64,000 nucleotides of DNA from Nodularia sp. (in: cyanobacteria) (GCA_007692755.1 REBL01000110.1:8527-72526); one strand, 5' to 3'. Positions 46,227 through 56,145 are shown, counted from the first letter of the stretch. A program made the numbers and translations. Notes: a model not told the origin generated them from the sequence alone.

Positions 46227-47441
46227 ATGCTCAGGCGCTTATGTATTGTTATTAGTGTCGCTGTCCTTTGTCAGCTTAACAGTTCGTTAACGCTAGCAGG
46301 GAGTAAAAAGCCGCAACAGCCGACTAAATTTCCTCCTAATCCCCTAGAACTTACCAAACCCGATCCATTATTACCGCCTTTAATTGACCAACAGCAGTTA
46401 ACTCTCCCAGAACGGCAAAACTTGGAAACGGCGCTGGATGAGTTGAATCAGGAAGCTGCGGCTAAATTGCAAGCCGGTGATCAAGAAGCAGCATTTGATA
46501 TTTGGAACCGGGAAGTGCGTTTGCGGCAATATTTGGGTTCATTGGCCCAAGTACAAGCATTATCGCGATTTGGTGCGATCGCCTGGAATCAAAATTCTAC
46601 TGAGCAGGTAAGATATATTACACAGCGATTGCAAACTATCCAAAAGTCAGCACAAAGCCAAAAGACGATTGATTTAAATTTAATGCGATCGCTTGGTGAA
46701 GCTTACCAAAAAGTGCGATCGCCCAAACTAGCTTTAGAAGTTTATGAGCAAATTTTAATCGCAGTGCAAGCACAACAAGATGCAGTCGCCGTATTGCAAA
46801 CCCTGACAACAATGGGCGAACTGCATTTGAGTTGGTTTGATTATCCTCAAGCAGCCGCCACCTATGAGAGATTATTAAATTTAACTGCTACTCAGAGCGA
46901 TCGCACGAATCAGTTAGCATACCTGCAACAGTTACGTTATATATATCAGCAAACCAAACAACCCCAGCCAGCCATAGATGTGCTTCAGAGGCTAGCAGAA
47001 ATTTACGAACAGGAAAATGATCTGACTAAAATCCCAGCATTGAAACTAGCTATAGGTGCAAATTATGAATCTTTAGCACAGGAAAATCCCAGTTTACTCA
47101 GAGAAGCATTTAACAACTATCAAGAAGCTTATCTTATGGCCACGCGATCGCGGCAGTATGTTCGGGCTGGTGAAGCTTTGCAAAAATTAATTTCTCTATA
47201 TATTGCTCAAGAACAAATAGATGAAGCTTTACAGACTAGCCAAATTTTAATTGAGACACAAGAACGAGCTGTTAATTATTATGGAATGATGCAAGCTTAT
47301 GACCAAATGGGGCAATTGTATCTAGAACGTCAAGAATATCCCCAAGCACTCACAGCCTTTCAAAAAGGTTTAGAACTAGCTCAACAACTCAAACATGAGG
47401 AAACATATTTTACACAGCAAGTTGAGAAAGCAACAAAATAA
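46227..47441 (+). CDS. Secreted TPR-repeat protein
   Basis: The signal-like start is MLRRLCIVISVAVLCQLNSSLTLAGS, at ATG 46227 (the track uses an upstream TTG). Repeated TPR-like A-x-x-x-Y-x-x-A/L helices run to the C-terminus. Confidence 0.65.
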   Translation: MLRRLCIVISVAVLCQLNSSLTLAGSKKPQQPTKFPPNPLELTKPDPLLPPLIDQQQLTLPERQNLETALDELNQEAAAKLQAGDQEAAFDIWNREVRLRQYLGSLAQVQALSRFGAIAWNQNSTEQVRYITQRLQTIQKSAQSQKTIDLNLMRSLGEAYQKVRSPKLALEVYEQILIAVQAQQDAVAVLQTLTTMGELHLSWFDYPQAAATYERLLNLTATQSDRTNQLAYLQQLRYIYQQTKQPQPAIDVLQRLAEIYEQENDLTKIPALKLAIGANYESLAQENPSLLREAFNNYQEAYLMATRSRQYVRAGEALQKLISLYIAQEQIDEALQTSQILIETQERAVNYYGMMQAYDQMGQLYLERQEYPQALTAFQKGLELAQQLKHEETYFTQQVEKATK

Positions 47442-47446
47442 TTACT

Positions 47447-47474
47447 AATTCGTAATTCGTAATTCGTAATTCGT
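47447..47474. repeat. STRR-like heptamer array AATTCGT x4
   Basis: I read it directly. It starts 6 nt after the TPR gene stop. Confidence 0.85.
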
Positions 47475-47612
47475 AGTGGCGTGACCAGCTTAAAATGTTG
47501 CAAAAAATCGTAGTTTGGGTTGACGTAACCAAACCCAACATCATTGGTCGCCTTGGGTTGCGCTACGCTTAACCCTTACTACGTCTAATGCACTTAAGCT
47601 TGCCACGCCAGT
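47475..47612. mobile_element. MITE-like dispersed repeat with imperfect terminal inverted repeats
   Basis: AGTGGCGTGACCAGCTTAA (left end) matches the reverse complement of TTAAGCTTGCCACGCCAGT (right end). The internal part is GTTTGGGTTGACGTAACCAAACCCAAC. Related pieces lie at 25165-25235, 50461-50470 and 59310-59325. Confidence 0.5.
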
Positions 47613-47633
47613 AACGTGTGTTGTGGGATAATT

Positions 47634-47668
47634 ACGAATTACGAATTACGAACTACGAACTACGAATT
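47634..47668. repeat. STRR-like heptamer array ACGAA(T/C)T x5, the inverse complement of the 47447 array
   Basis: The sequence is ACGAATT ACGAATT ACGAACT ACGAACT ACGAATT. The array abuts the stop codon of the GT4 gene. With 47447-47474 it forms a long split inverted repeat. Confidence 0.85.
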
Positions 47669-48932
47669 ACGCAGTTGTTGTTTCTAGTTTTTTCACATCT
47701 TGAACTATCTCATAAAGCTTTTCTTCAAACTTTTCTGAACACGCCGACCAATCATATTTGAGTATAGAAGGACGAGCCTGTTCAGCCATTTCTGCTTTAA
47801 GTTGAGAATTTTCCAGAATTGCTACCACTTGGTCAGCAAAATCTTGGGGATTATTAGCTTCAGCTAAAAAGCCATTGTAACCAGGAATAACTTGTTCAGC
47901 CGTTGAAGGTGCAACCACAGCCACCAAAGGAGTACCGGAAGCCAAGGCTTCGTTATTTGTCGTGCAGAAATTTTCAGTTGCAGAGGGGTTGACAAATATA
48001 TCTGCACGCGCAAACCAACCTAAAAGTTCTGTACCGTGAGACTCACCCCAAATGGTAATACCAGATTCAAACTGTTTAGACCGCCGACGCAGTTCTTCAT
48101 CTAAAGGTCCACTACCGATAATCACTAAATGAACATCAGGAATTTTGGCAGCAATGAGCGGAAACATATCGATAAGTTGGGTGACATTTTTTTCCGCCGT
48201 AATCCGTCCCACAAATAAGAGCGTTGGTCTGTTGTCGTCGGGAATCGGGTTGTGGATAATATTTCGGGGGTGAAATTTTTCACAATCAATTCCTTGATAA
48301 GGAACGTATTCACCCCGTTGACAATTGAGCTGATTGTACTTCGATAGTTGTGCTTGAGAAGGAAATAAATTCAGATCATAGACCTCAGTAGACTGCTTGA
48401 CTAAAAAGGGAATAATCGGGCGCATCAAATTGAAAATATGATTACCCAAATAATATTGGATGTAGGCAACTATGTCAGTATGGAAAATTGAAATAATTGG
48501 AGTCCCTGTTTTCTGCGCGTATTCAACTCCAATAGGACGACCATAACCTTGCAAGAACATTGAATAGAAACCTCGCATTTGTGGTGCTTCTTCCACTACC
48601 ACAATATCGGGTTGAAATTTTTCTAATAACTTGGTATCACTCCAATGGCGATAGTGTAAGGGTTGCGGTAAAGACTTGTAAAAGATTAGTGGCTTTGTGG
48701 GAAAAGCATAAGCAGAAAAGTTAGGAAAACACTGTAATTCCTCCAGTCCTGGCATAGGACGGGTACCCACATTTTTCGGATACTGGTCGTTGATTTCTGG
48801 ATGGACAAGAAAGACTTCATGCCCTTGTTCTAGTAACCAGTTAACCCTTTGGTGGACTGCAATTGAAACTCCTGTTAAAAAAGGAGCATATAATCCTGTA
48901 AACAAAGCAATGCGAAGTGGTTGCTTGTTCAT
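47667..48932 (-). CDS. Glycosyltransferase family 4 (group 1), HglT-like by position in the hgl island
   Basis: The GT-B C-terminal motifs are FVGRITAEKN and ENFCTTNNEALASGTPLVA (E-x7-E type). It is the terminal gene of the glycolipid gene block. Confidence 0.75.
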   Translation of the reverse strand: MNKQPLRIALFTGLYAPFLTGVSIAVHQRVNWLLEQGHEVFLVHPEINDQYPKNVGTRPMPGLEELQCFPNFSAYAFPTKPLIFYKSLPQPLHYRHWSDTKLLEKFQPDIVVVEEAPQMRGFYSMFLQGYGRPIGVEYAQKTGTPIISIFHTDIVAYIQYYLGNHIFNLMRPIIPFLVKQSTEVYDLNLFPSQAQLSKYNQLNCQRGEYVPYQGIDCEKFHPRNIIHNPIPDDNRPTLLFVGRITAEKNVTQLIDMFPLIAAKIPDVHLVIIGSGPLDEELRRRSKQFESGITIWGESHGTELLGWFARADIFVNPSATENFCTTNNEALASGTPLVAVVAPSTAEQVIPGYNGFLAEANNPQDFADQVVAILENSQLKAEMAEQARPSILKYDWSACSEKFEEKLYEIVQDVKKLETTTA

Positions 48933-49009
48933 AATTTTAGTGTATTTGTGTATTTTAGCTGAAAATAATGCTGTCTTTATCCGTTCTGCTTATTCTGTAA
49001 ACCGCATCT

Positions 49010-50272
49010 TCAATTCAAAGAAGTATTTGGCGGAACAGGTTGATCTAAGGACTGGTAAGGGCGATATTCAACTAACCGAATCTTCCAGGCATTTTTGAAT
49101 TGATAGGTTATCCCGCGCCACTTAACTTCTGACATCCAGAGGGAAGATAGGAAGACTAAGCCATAAACCCATTGTGTTAAGGGAATGCCAATTAACATCT
49201 GGAAAATTGCGGTAATGGTTAATTGTTTAGTTGGTTGATGATCAGAGCGAATAACTAGCTGTACTGCTTGCTCTAAGAAAAGTACAATCAATAGCAATGC
49301 CACTACATAGCTGCTATAGCAGCTCAAAGATATTGCCGCAGCATACCATTCTCCACTCAGCAAAGCTACCACAAACAATACACTTAAAACAGTCGGAAAC
49401 AGAATTGTTAAAATCGCGTTACCTGCGACAGCTAACCAGTGGGGATGATATAGTCGGCAAAAGAGTAGTTGGCGTTGCATCCAGGAACTTAAGTCAGATA
49501 AATTGCACTCTTCCTGATTCAGCATCATCAAAGAAGGTACAAATTTAATCTGTATTTTATGTTTACCCAAGATATGACGCATCATGGTGTCTTCGCAGAA
49601 AGCTTTTCCCCACTGATCTAGCAATCCTGTTTGATGCAGGACTTCTGTTTTCACCGCCAAAGTCCCACCCCAAGGAATGCCATATAAATACATCTGCACC
49701 ACCGCCGATACATTCCACAGATACCGGACTATAGAACCCCAATGGCTACCTGTAGGCACATACCAACGGTTCCCTGTTGTCGCCCCTACATTGGGGTCAG
49801 CTAAAGGAGTAACTAATTCACGCAGCCAATTAGCATGAACAATTGTATCAGCATCTACTAAAGCGATCGCTTTATAGGAATCGTCCAATTCTTTCACCGC
49901 TTGGATTAAAGAACTACATTTGAGGCTGCAATTTCTGCGGATAATTCGCAAAGGACTGATTTGCACATTAGTCGCTCCATGCTCCTGGACAGTATCATTA
50001 GCAATTGTCCAGGCTGGATCTTCGATCCGATCAACGACTAGTTTTAAATCATACTGTGGGTAATTTTGATTCAACAGCGCCTGCAAACAATTACTTAAAA
50101 ACGGATCAGCGCCACGTAGGCAAAGAATCACTGCCGTTTTGGGTAACTCTTCATCTGGAATGACATTTTTTTTGGATGAAGATAGATGCCATAAAAAGAC
50201 CAGCATAAAACATATTTGAACAGCCAGGGCAACGGTTAAACACCTACATAGGAATATTACCAAGTCGTTCAT
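49010..50272 (-). CDS. Membrane-bound glycosyltransferase family 2 (paralog A)
   Basis: The motifs are PKTAVILCLRGADPFL, ALVDADT (DxD) and TTGNRW, with C-terminal TM helices. It aligns along its full length to the adjacent gene. Confidence 0.8.
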   Translation of the reverse strand: MNDLVIFLCRCLTVALAVQICFMLVFLWHLSSSKKNVIPDEELPKTAVILCLRGADPFLSNCLQALLNQNYPQYDLKLVVDRIEDPAWTIANDTVQEHGATNVQISPLRIIRRNCSLKCSSLIQAVKELDDSYKAIALVDADTIVHANWLRELVTPLADPNVGATTGNRWYVPTGSHWGSIVRYLWNVSAVVQMYLYGIPWGGTLAVKTEVLHQTGLLDQWGKAFCEDTMMRHILGKHKIQIKFVPSLMMLNQEECNLSDLSSWMQRQLLFCRLYHPHWLAVAGNAILTILFPTVLSVLFVVALLSGEWYAAAISLSCYSSYVVALLLIVLFLEQAVQLVIRSDHQPTKQLTITAIFQMLIGIPLTQWVYGLVFLSSLWMSEVKWRGITYQFKNAWKIRLVEYRPYQSLDQPVPPNTSLN

Positions 50273-50316
50273 CTTTAATACCTGCTGTATGATTGACCTT
50301 GAAAGATGAACTAGGG

Positions 50317-50462
50317 CTAGTAGTCTGTCAACTCAAAAATGACGGGTAAATAAATCTTTCAATTTTTCTTCTTTCTTTCCTTCTTTCCTTCTTCCTTTGC
50401 GTTCTTTGTGTCCTTTGTGGTTCCTTCCTTTATCCGTCACAATAAATTTGACAGACTACTAG
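50317..50462. repeat. Nested inverted-repeat (MITE-like) element between the two GT2 paralogs
   Basis: The outer perfect 14-bp IR is CTAGTAGTCTGTCA (50317-30) / TGACAGACTACTAG (50449-62). The inner IR is GACGGGTAAA (50341-50) / TTTATCCGTC (50432-41). The core is a polypyrimidine CTTTCC/TTTGCGT tract related, in inverse orientation, to 56085-56145. Confidence 0.75.
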
Positions 50463-50491
50463 TGGCGTGGCGGTTCTTTGACTGATGTACC

Positions 50492-51751
50492 TCAAAGAGA
50501 AATTTTGCTGTCAATCGGTTGATCCAACAAATCATAAGGATGATATTCAACTAATCGAATATTCCAGGGATTTTGCACACGATAAACAATACCGCGCCAT
50601 TTCACTGTTGACATCCACAGCGAAGATAACAAAGCTAACCCATATACCCACTGTGTAAGAGGAATAGCAATGAATATTTTACCTATTGTCTTCACTGTTA
50701 ACTTTGTAGTTGGCTGACCATGAGAGTGAATCACTTGGCTGACCCCTAACTCTAAGATCAGCGTTACCAAAAGTAATCCCACAGTGTAAATGCAATAGGT
50801 GGAAAACAATACAACTGCTAAATCCCATTGTGCATCTAACAACGATACAAGAAACAGGACTATTGCCACAAAAGGAAACAGAATACTAGAAACAGCATCA
50901 CCAACCATCGCTAACCAACGGGGATGGTACAGTCGAGAATACAATATGAGACGCTTCAAAGAATCTATTAAGCCCAGTAAATCGCACTCTTCCCGATTCA
51001 GCATCATCAAAGAAGGTACAAGCTTCACCCGCATTCCATGTTTTTTCAGGATCTTGTGGATCATAAAATCCTCGCCAAAAGCCTGTCTCCACTTATCTAG
51101 CAGACCTGTTTCGCGCAGCACGTCTGTTTTGATAGCCAAACTACCGCCCCAAGGAACTTGGAAAAGGTACATTTGCACAACAGTAGACACATTCCCGATG
51201 TAGCGTACCAAAGACCCCCAATAGTTACCTGTGGGTACAAACCAACGGTTCCCGGTAGTCGCGCCCACTTTCGGGTCAGCTAGAGGACTAACTAATTCAC
51301 GTAACCAATTTCCATGAACAATAGTATCACCATCAACTAAAGCGATCGCCTGATAGGAATCATCCAACTCGGAAACAGCTTGCAACAGGGAACTGCATTT
51401 GAGACTACAGTTATGTCGTATAGTCCGGAGAGGGCTGAGTTGGACGTTGCTGGCTCCTTGTTCGTTAATAGTGTCACTGACAATTTGCCAAGCCGGATCT
51501 TCCTGACTATCAACAATCAGCTTTAAATCGTACTCTGGATAATTCTGATTTAACAGCGCCTTTACACAGTTAGGTAAATACGGATCGGCTCCGCGTAGGC
51601 AAAGAATCACAGCCGTTTTAGGTAACTGCTCATCAGCTAATAAATTTTGTTGACGCGATTGTAGGTAGAACAGAAAGACCAGCGCTAAACACATTTGAAT
51701 AGCCAGCCAACTCAGCAGAGACTGATTAATGAATATCGTCAACTCTTGCAT
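50492..51751 (-). CDS. Membrane-bound glycosyltransferase family 2 (paralog B)
   Basis: The motifs are PKTAVILCLRGADPYL, ALVDGDT and TTGNRW. The length (419 vs 420 aa) and helix layout match paralog A. Confidence 0.8.
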   Translation of the reverse strand: MQELTIFINQSLLSWLAIQMCLALVFLFYLQSRQQNLLADEQLPKTAVILCLRGADPYLPNCVKALLNQNYPEYDLKLIVDSQEDPAWQIVSDTINEQGASNVQLSPLRTIRHNCSLKCSSLLQAVSELDDSYQAIALVDGDTIVHGNWLRELVSPLADPKVGATTGNRWFVPTGNYWGSLVRYIGNVSTVVQMYLFQVPWGGSLAIKTDVLRETGLLDKWRQAFGEDFMIHKILKKHGMRVKLVPSLMMLNREECDLLGLIDSLKRLILYSRLYHPRWLAMVGDAVSSILFPFVAIVLFLVSLLDAQWDLAVVLFSTYCIYTVGLLLVTLILELGVSQVIHSHGQPTTKLTVKTIGKIFIAIPLTQWVYGLALLSSLWMSTVKWRGIVYRVQNPWNIRLVEYHPYDLLDQPIDSKISL

Positions 51752-51907
51752 ATGTATTCTTTGGCAAATTTTGCCTTGTGTAATAACGAGTCGCGATCAA
51801 AGATGAGGAGGAGGCAAGCTACGGTGTACACACAAGTCTTAGCGCAGCGTATCTATTCTGAGTCTCATAGCAGTCCCCTAAAGAAGACTCAATGAAAAAC
51901 TGAGTTT

Positions 51908-51956
51908 AGTCCACTTCAGTGGACTTTAGCTATTAGCCCGGAACTTAAGTTCCGGG
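51908..51956. repeat. Two perfect palindromic hairpins of a dispersed repeat
   Basis: The hairpins are AGTCCAC-TTCA-GTGGACT (51908-25) and the 20-nt palindrome CCCGGAACTTAAGTTCCGGG (51937-56). The same patch shares the 16-mer GTGTACACACAAGTCT (51824-39) with 40270-85 in inverse orientation. Confidence 0.75.
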
Positions 51957-52036
51957 CGGGGCGGCATAAGAGTGTATGTGTTACACCGTAGGTCGAAGGG
52001 GGGAAGAACTCCCACACTCCTTATTCCCCGCTTTTA

Positions 52037-52501
52037 TTAATCAAGGGAGTATTTCATCAAAATGTTGGTGGTGGTATTTTGCATCAGCATAAAACTGGCA
52101 TCATAAAAGCTTGGTGTACCAGTTGCGATGGAAACAGTGGGATTTCTCGATATACCAAAACCTTCTTTGGGTATACCTAAAAAGTTTGTATTAAGTTTGC
52201 GATCGCCATTTTGATCATCTACTACCACAACTGCATAATTTCCCAGCTTCAAGCCATAAAAATTATAAGTTAAACTACTGCCTACAGGCTTCACACAAGC
52301 GCTTTCTACTACTTCCTCCGTATTCATAGGAAACCCCTTCGGACTGGAGTAAATTCCCATGCAAATCTCCCCATTTTGGTTGCTTATTCCCTCAACTACA
52401 ACTGTCAGTGTTGCAGTCTGCTCGGCACTCACTGTTCTCACAGAGCTAATACTCAATAAAGCAGCTATCAGTACCCGGCTGAAAAAATTATATTTCAACA
52501 T
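52037..52501 (-). CDS. Secreted DUF2141-like protein
   Basis: A signal peptide is followed by LTVVVEGISNQNGEICMGIYS ... YAVVVVDDQNGDRKLNTNFLGIPKEGFGISRNP, the DUF2141 pattern. Confidence 0.65.
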   Translation of the reverse strand: MLKYNFFSRVLIAALLSISSVRTVSAEQTATLTVVVEGISNQNGEICMGIYSSPKGFPMNTEEVVESACVKPVGSSLTYNFYGLKLGNYAVVVVDDQNGDRKLNTNFLGIPKEGFGISRNPTVSIATGTPSFYDASFMLMQNTTTNILMKYSLD

Positions 52502-52544
52502 GATTTGGTTTCTTCCACAAGTGAATTTACTTTGAAATAATCTA

Positions 52545-53546
52545 TCACAGCAACTCCTTTTGTAAAGGAATAATTTGCCGTTGTTGCTTACTTGGATGCT
52601 GCCAAACCTGCCAGATAATTTGAGCAGCTTTGAGTAAATCTTTAAGCAACAAATATTCTCTACCGTGCAACTGCTGATAAATACTGAGATGGCAACGTAT
52701 GCGCTGATAAAAGCTGAGTTTAAACAGCCATACAGAAAGCATATATTCCCAAACTATTCTCCAATGTGGAAATAATAGCTTGCCTTTTTTAGCTGAGTCA
52801 AACCAAACTGTATAGGCATAGAAATCAGGTAAAATGCTAGAACTAAATTGAGATTGATTGTTCGCCAACAAATGATAATTGGGGAAAAACATACTCAAAG
52901 ATTGTTGGGAATGGCTTCTAGCAAAGAACAGGTATTCAGGAATTTCATAAAATTGACCCAGCAAACCAATTCTTAACAATAGAATTCCATCCGCAGTACC
53001 ATAACCACCCATGAGTGGTATTTTTCTGAGCGTGCTGGCACGAATTACTCCGTAAGTCTGATAGCAGAGATGCTTGGTAAGCAATTCGTGAAAACGTTTG
53101 TGGGGTTTTTCTGAATCGGTGTTGAGTTTTATTTTGTAGTTTTGCAGAAAATCACCGTTTTCATCAATGAAAGATACTTGAGAATGACACAATACCACTG
53201 AGGGGTTATTGTCAAGTACCTCAACACATTTCATCAGCATATCTGGAGCGTGTAAATCATCATGGGCTGCCCATTTAAAGTATTCGCCCACAGACAATTC
53301 AAAGACACGATTGAAATTATGTGAACAACCGAGATTACTTTGATTGCGGTAGTAACGAATCCGTTTATCTTGAGCAGCATATGCTCGACAAATTTCTTCA
53401 GTATTATCTGTAGAGGCGTTATCTGAGATGATTAACTCGAAATCTTCAAAGGTCTGAGCCAAAAGTGAATCGAGGGCTGCTTTGATAAACTTATCACCAT
53501 TATATACAGGCAATCCGATGCTTACTTTCGGCAGATTGTTGCTCAT
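52545..53546 (-). CDS. Glycosyltransferase family 2 (soluble type)
   Basis: VSIGLPVYNGDKFIKAALDSLLAQTFEDFELIISDNASTDNT is the GT2 N-terminal signature. I use ATG 53546; the track uses the TTG at 53555. Confidence 0.85.
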   Translation of the reverse strand: MSNNLPKVSIGLPVYNGDKFIKAALDSLLAQTFEDFELIISDNASTDNTEEICRAYAAQDKRIRYYRNQSNLGCSHNFNRVFELSVGEYFKWAAHDDLHAPDMLMKCVEVLDNNPSVVLCHSQVSFIDENGDFLQNYKIKLNTDSEKPHKRFHELLTKHLCYQTYGVIRASTLRKIPLMGGYGTADGILLLRIGLLGQFYEIPEYLFFARSHSQQSLSMFFPNYHLLANNQSQFSSSILPDFYAYTVWFDSAKKGKLLFPHWRIVWEYMLSVWLFKLSFYQRIRCHLSIYQQLHGREYLLLKDLLKAAQIIWQVWQHPSKQQRQIIPLQKELL

Positions 53547-53591
53547 ATAAAACAATTCTTTGGTAAAGTCTAAAAACTATTTGACTACCTT

Positions 53592-54581
53592 TTAGATATC
53601 AGTTTTCTTGAGCCATTCTTGTGTGAGACGTAAACCATCTTCTAAATCAATTTTTGGTTTATAATCTAACAAATTTTGTGCCTTAGCAATAGAATAAGCA
53701 TGAGGACGACTCATGAAATCTACAGACTCTGGGAGAATATCAGCTTTTTTGCGAAAAAGTTTTTGTCCTTGGGCGCGCAGCTTGAGAAATAACTTCATTT
53801 CATCTTTGGGTAAAGACATTGGTGCAGCTAAACCTTCCATTGCTGCTAAACGCAAAAAATATTCTTTCCAGGAGGTTTCTTGTCCGTCAGTGATGTTAAA
53901 TACTTCGCCGTAGGTTTCTTTTTGAATTGCTAGAAAAACAGCATCAATCAAGTTATCTACATATAGATGATTCATGACTCCTTGACCATCATTTGCATAA
54001 GCAAATAATTTTTGCCGCATCATCGAAATTGGTCGGACAACCCAAGAAGTACTTCCTGGCCCGTAAACATCTCCAGCCCGAATAACAATTACACCAAAAT
54101 CTGGGGGAGAATTTAAGGGTAAAAGTGCAGTTTCGGCTTCTATTTTTGTCTGACAGTAAGAATTATTCTCACCGGAGAGAGTCCCAGTTTCTGTAATGCC
54201 ATCTGCATAATTAAAGCCGTAGACCATCACACTAGAAAGATGGACAAAAGTTTTGACACCAGCATTTTTAGCAGCTTTGGCTATATTAACTGTGCCGTCA
54301 ACATTTACCGCGCGAAATTCTTTAATTGCGCCAGCTTCTTGAGCCATTTGAGCCGTATGTAAAACAATATCTACACCCTGACAAGCTTTTTGAGCAATAC
54401 TAGCATCGGTAATGCTACCCACAATTATTTCAATTCCCAAATTTTGGGCTGTTTTATTCACATCGGCAGAACTTTGTAGTCCCCGAACTTTCATTCCCTG
54501 CGCTATTGCTAATTCGGCTGCACGCAAACCGACAAATTCATCAGTACCAGTAATCAAGAGAGTTTTGCTTTGGAGGTTCAT
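53592..54581 (-). CDS. NAD-dependent epimerase/dehydratase-family (extended SDR) protein of the hgl island
   Basis: The motifs are LLITGTDEFVG (GxxGxxG variant), a YCQTK catalytic YxxxK and FNITDG. It lies immediately downstream of the DevC/DevB-like pair. Confidence 0.8.
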   Translation of the reverse strand: MNLQSKTLLITGTDEFVGLRAAELAIAQGMKVRGLQSSADVNKTAQNLGIEIIVGSITDASIAQKACQGVDIVLHTAQMAQEAGAIKEFRAVNVDGTVNIAKAAKNAGVKTFVHLSSVMVYGFNYADGITETGTLSGENNSYCQTKIEAETALLPLNSPPDFGVIVIRAGDVYGPGSTSWVVRPISMMRQKLFAYANDGQGVMNHLYVDNLIDAVFLAIQKETYGEVFNITDGQETSWKEYFLRLAAMEGLAAPMSLPKDEMKLFLKLRAQGQKLFRKKADILPESVDFMSRPHAYSIAKAQNLLDYKPKIDLEDGLRLTQEWLKKTDI

Positions 54582-54808
54582 GGTGGTATAATTGATGGGT
54601 GAATTAAGTGGAATAAAAAGTATTAGCTGGTAATGCTTTTATTAAAAGCAATTTTGTTAACTAACACTAAGTTTTGAAGAATGTTATCCTTGGTACTACA
54701 GGCTTTTAAATCCATAGCCTATGGAAAAGCCCAAGGTGAACTAGCATATTCTTCAAGAAAAGGGTTTCTTCTCTCAGATAAGCGGATTTTCATGGATGAT
54801 TGGTATAA

Positions 54809-55987
54809 CTAGAAAATATCAGCCGGGTCTGCCGAACGAAGTTTATTGATAGCAAGTGAGCCGGAAGTTATACACATTAAAACTGCTGAGACTAAAACAA
54901 TGATTGCATTATTAGTAGTCATCATGATTGGTAATTTCGTCACGTCCATAGCAAAGCTATATAAGCCGATGGAAACGATAAACCCAGGTATGTAACCTAA
55001 CAAAGCCAGAATTAATGCTTGTTGAAAAATTACATTTAGTAGATATCCGTTGGCATATCCAATAGCTTTTAAAGTTGCATAGGCAATCAATTGATTAGCA
55101 ATGTTGCTGTAAAGGATTTGATAGACAATGACGACACCAACTACAGAAGCCATAGTCAGCATCAGGTTGAGTATAAACCCGATGGGTGTTCTCACAGACC
55201 AATATTCTTTCTCGAAATCAATAAAGCCTTGACGACTAAAAATTTGGATATCATTCGGTAAATTTGCTTTTAATTGTTGTAAAACTGTATCTGGATTTAC
55301 ACCAGCGTTCAGGGTGATGACACCAATATCTATCATGTCTGCTGGACGAGTATTAGGATTTATCCTGAGAAAAGTTGAATCACTGACAATTAAATTACCA
55401 TCTACACCAAAGGAAGGGCCTAAGCTGAATAATCCTCCCACTCTAACTCTGTAACCAATGGGAGCATCAAAGGGAAATATTTCAATTGTCTGCTCAGTAT
55501 TTCCTGCATCAAAGTTGGTGGCGATAGGGCCAAACTCTGGGCGCGATATTCTATCAAAAAGAACAATATCAGGAATTTTGAGTCTGTCTAAGTTTTCAGA
55601 AACTTCGGGTATATTAAATACAGATTTTCCGGGGTCAAAGCCAATCACATATATGGAATATTTCTCTCCAGTCGCCGGATTTTTTAATTTGGCAAATTGC
55701 AAATATATGGGGCTAACTGACTCTACACCATCAAAACCCAAGGTTTGGAATAAACGACTCCGGGAAAAGCTTTGAGTTGCGGTCAAAGATTTATATTGCG
55801 AACTAACTAAAAATAAATCGCCTCGGAGATTTTGATGCAGTGCGGTAGCACTAGAGTAAAGCGCATCTTGAAAGCCGAGTTGGATGAAGGTCAGCAGCAC
55901 AATAAAAGCAATTCCAGCTACAGCCACTACAAACCTAACTTTTTCTTGGGCTAGCTGTAGCCATGCTAAAGGAATTTTAAACTTCAT
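54809..55987 (-). CDS. hgdC: DevC-family ABC exporter permease without a cognate ATPase gene (HgdC-like)
   Basis: PLAWLQLAQEKVRFVVAVAGIAFIVLLTFIQLGF and the C-terminus KLRSADPADIF parallel the DevC-type protein at 36884-38050. No devA-type gene follows. Confidence 0.65.
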   Translation of the reverse strand: MKFKIPLAWLQLAQEKVRFVVAVAGIAFIVLLTFIQLGFQDALYSSATALHQNLRGDLFLVSSQYKSLTATQSFSRSRLFQTLGFDGVESVSPIYLQFAKLKNPATGEKYSIYVIGFDPGKSVFNIPEVSENLDRLKIPDIVLFDRISRPEFGPIATNFDAGNTEQTIEIFPFDAPIGYRVRVGGLFSLGPSFGVDGNLIVSDSTFLRINPNTRPADMIDIGVITLNAGVNPDTVLQQLKANLPNDIQIFSRQGFIDFEKEYWSVRTPIGFILNLMLTMASVVGVVIVYQILYSNIANQLIAYATLKAIGYANGYLLNVIFQQALILALLGYIPGFIVSIGLYSFAMDVTKLPIMMTTNNAIIVLVSAVLMCITSGSLAINKLRSADPADIF

Positions 55988-56019
55988 GGTTTAATACCAT
56001 TGGGGATTTTATTTTGTGG

Positions 56020-56145
56020 AGACGCGATTTATCGCGTCTTATATGAGGAACGTTCGCGTAGCGTGCGCGAAGCGCATACCGCAAAGTACGCAAAGTACGC
56101 AAAGGAAGAAGGGAAGAAAGAAAGAAGGAAGGAAGGAAAGATGTT
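56020..56145. repeat. Dispersed-repeat patch in the hgdB-hgdC gap
   Basis: It has the hairpin AGACGCGAT-TT-ATCGCGTCT (56020-39) and CGTTCGCGTAGCGT (56051-64), which is identical to 7268-7281. It also has CGCAAAGTA x2 and a GGAAG/GAAAG purine tract, the complement of the 50355-50400 tract. Confidence 0.75.

Noticed and set aside
48125-55775. Assorted short ORFs inside the glycosyltransferase, epimerase and DevC-like genes (48125, 48790, 49297, 50799, 50898, 51695, 53713, 55458)
   Set aside because: They are antisense or alternative-frame to genes with clear family motifs. None has an RBS or motif.
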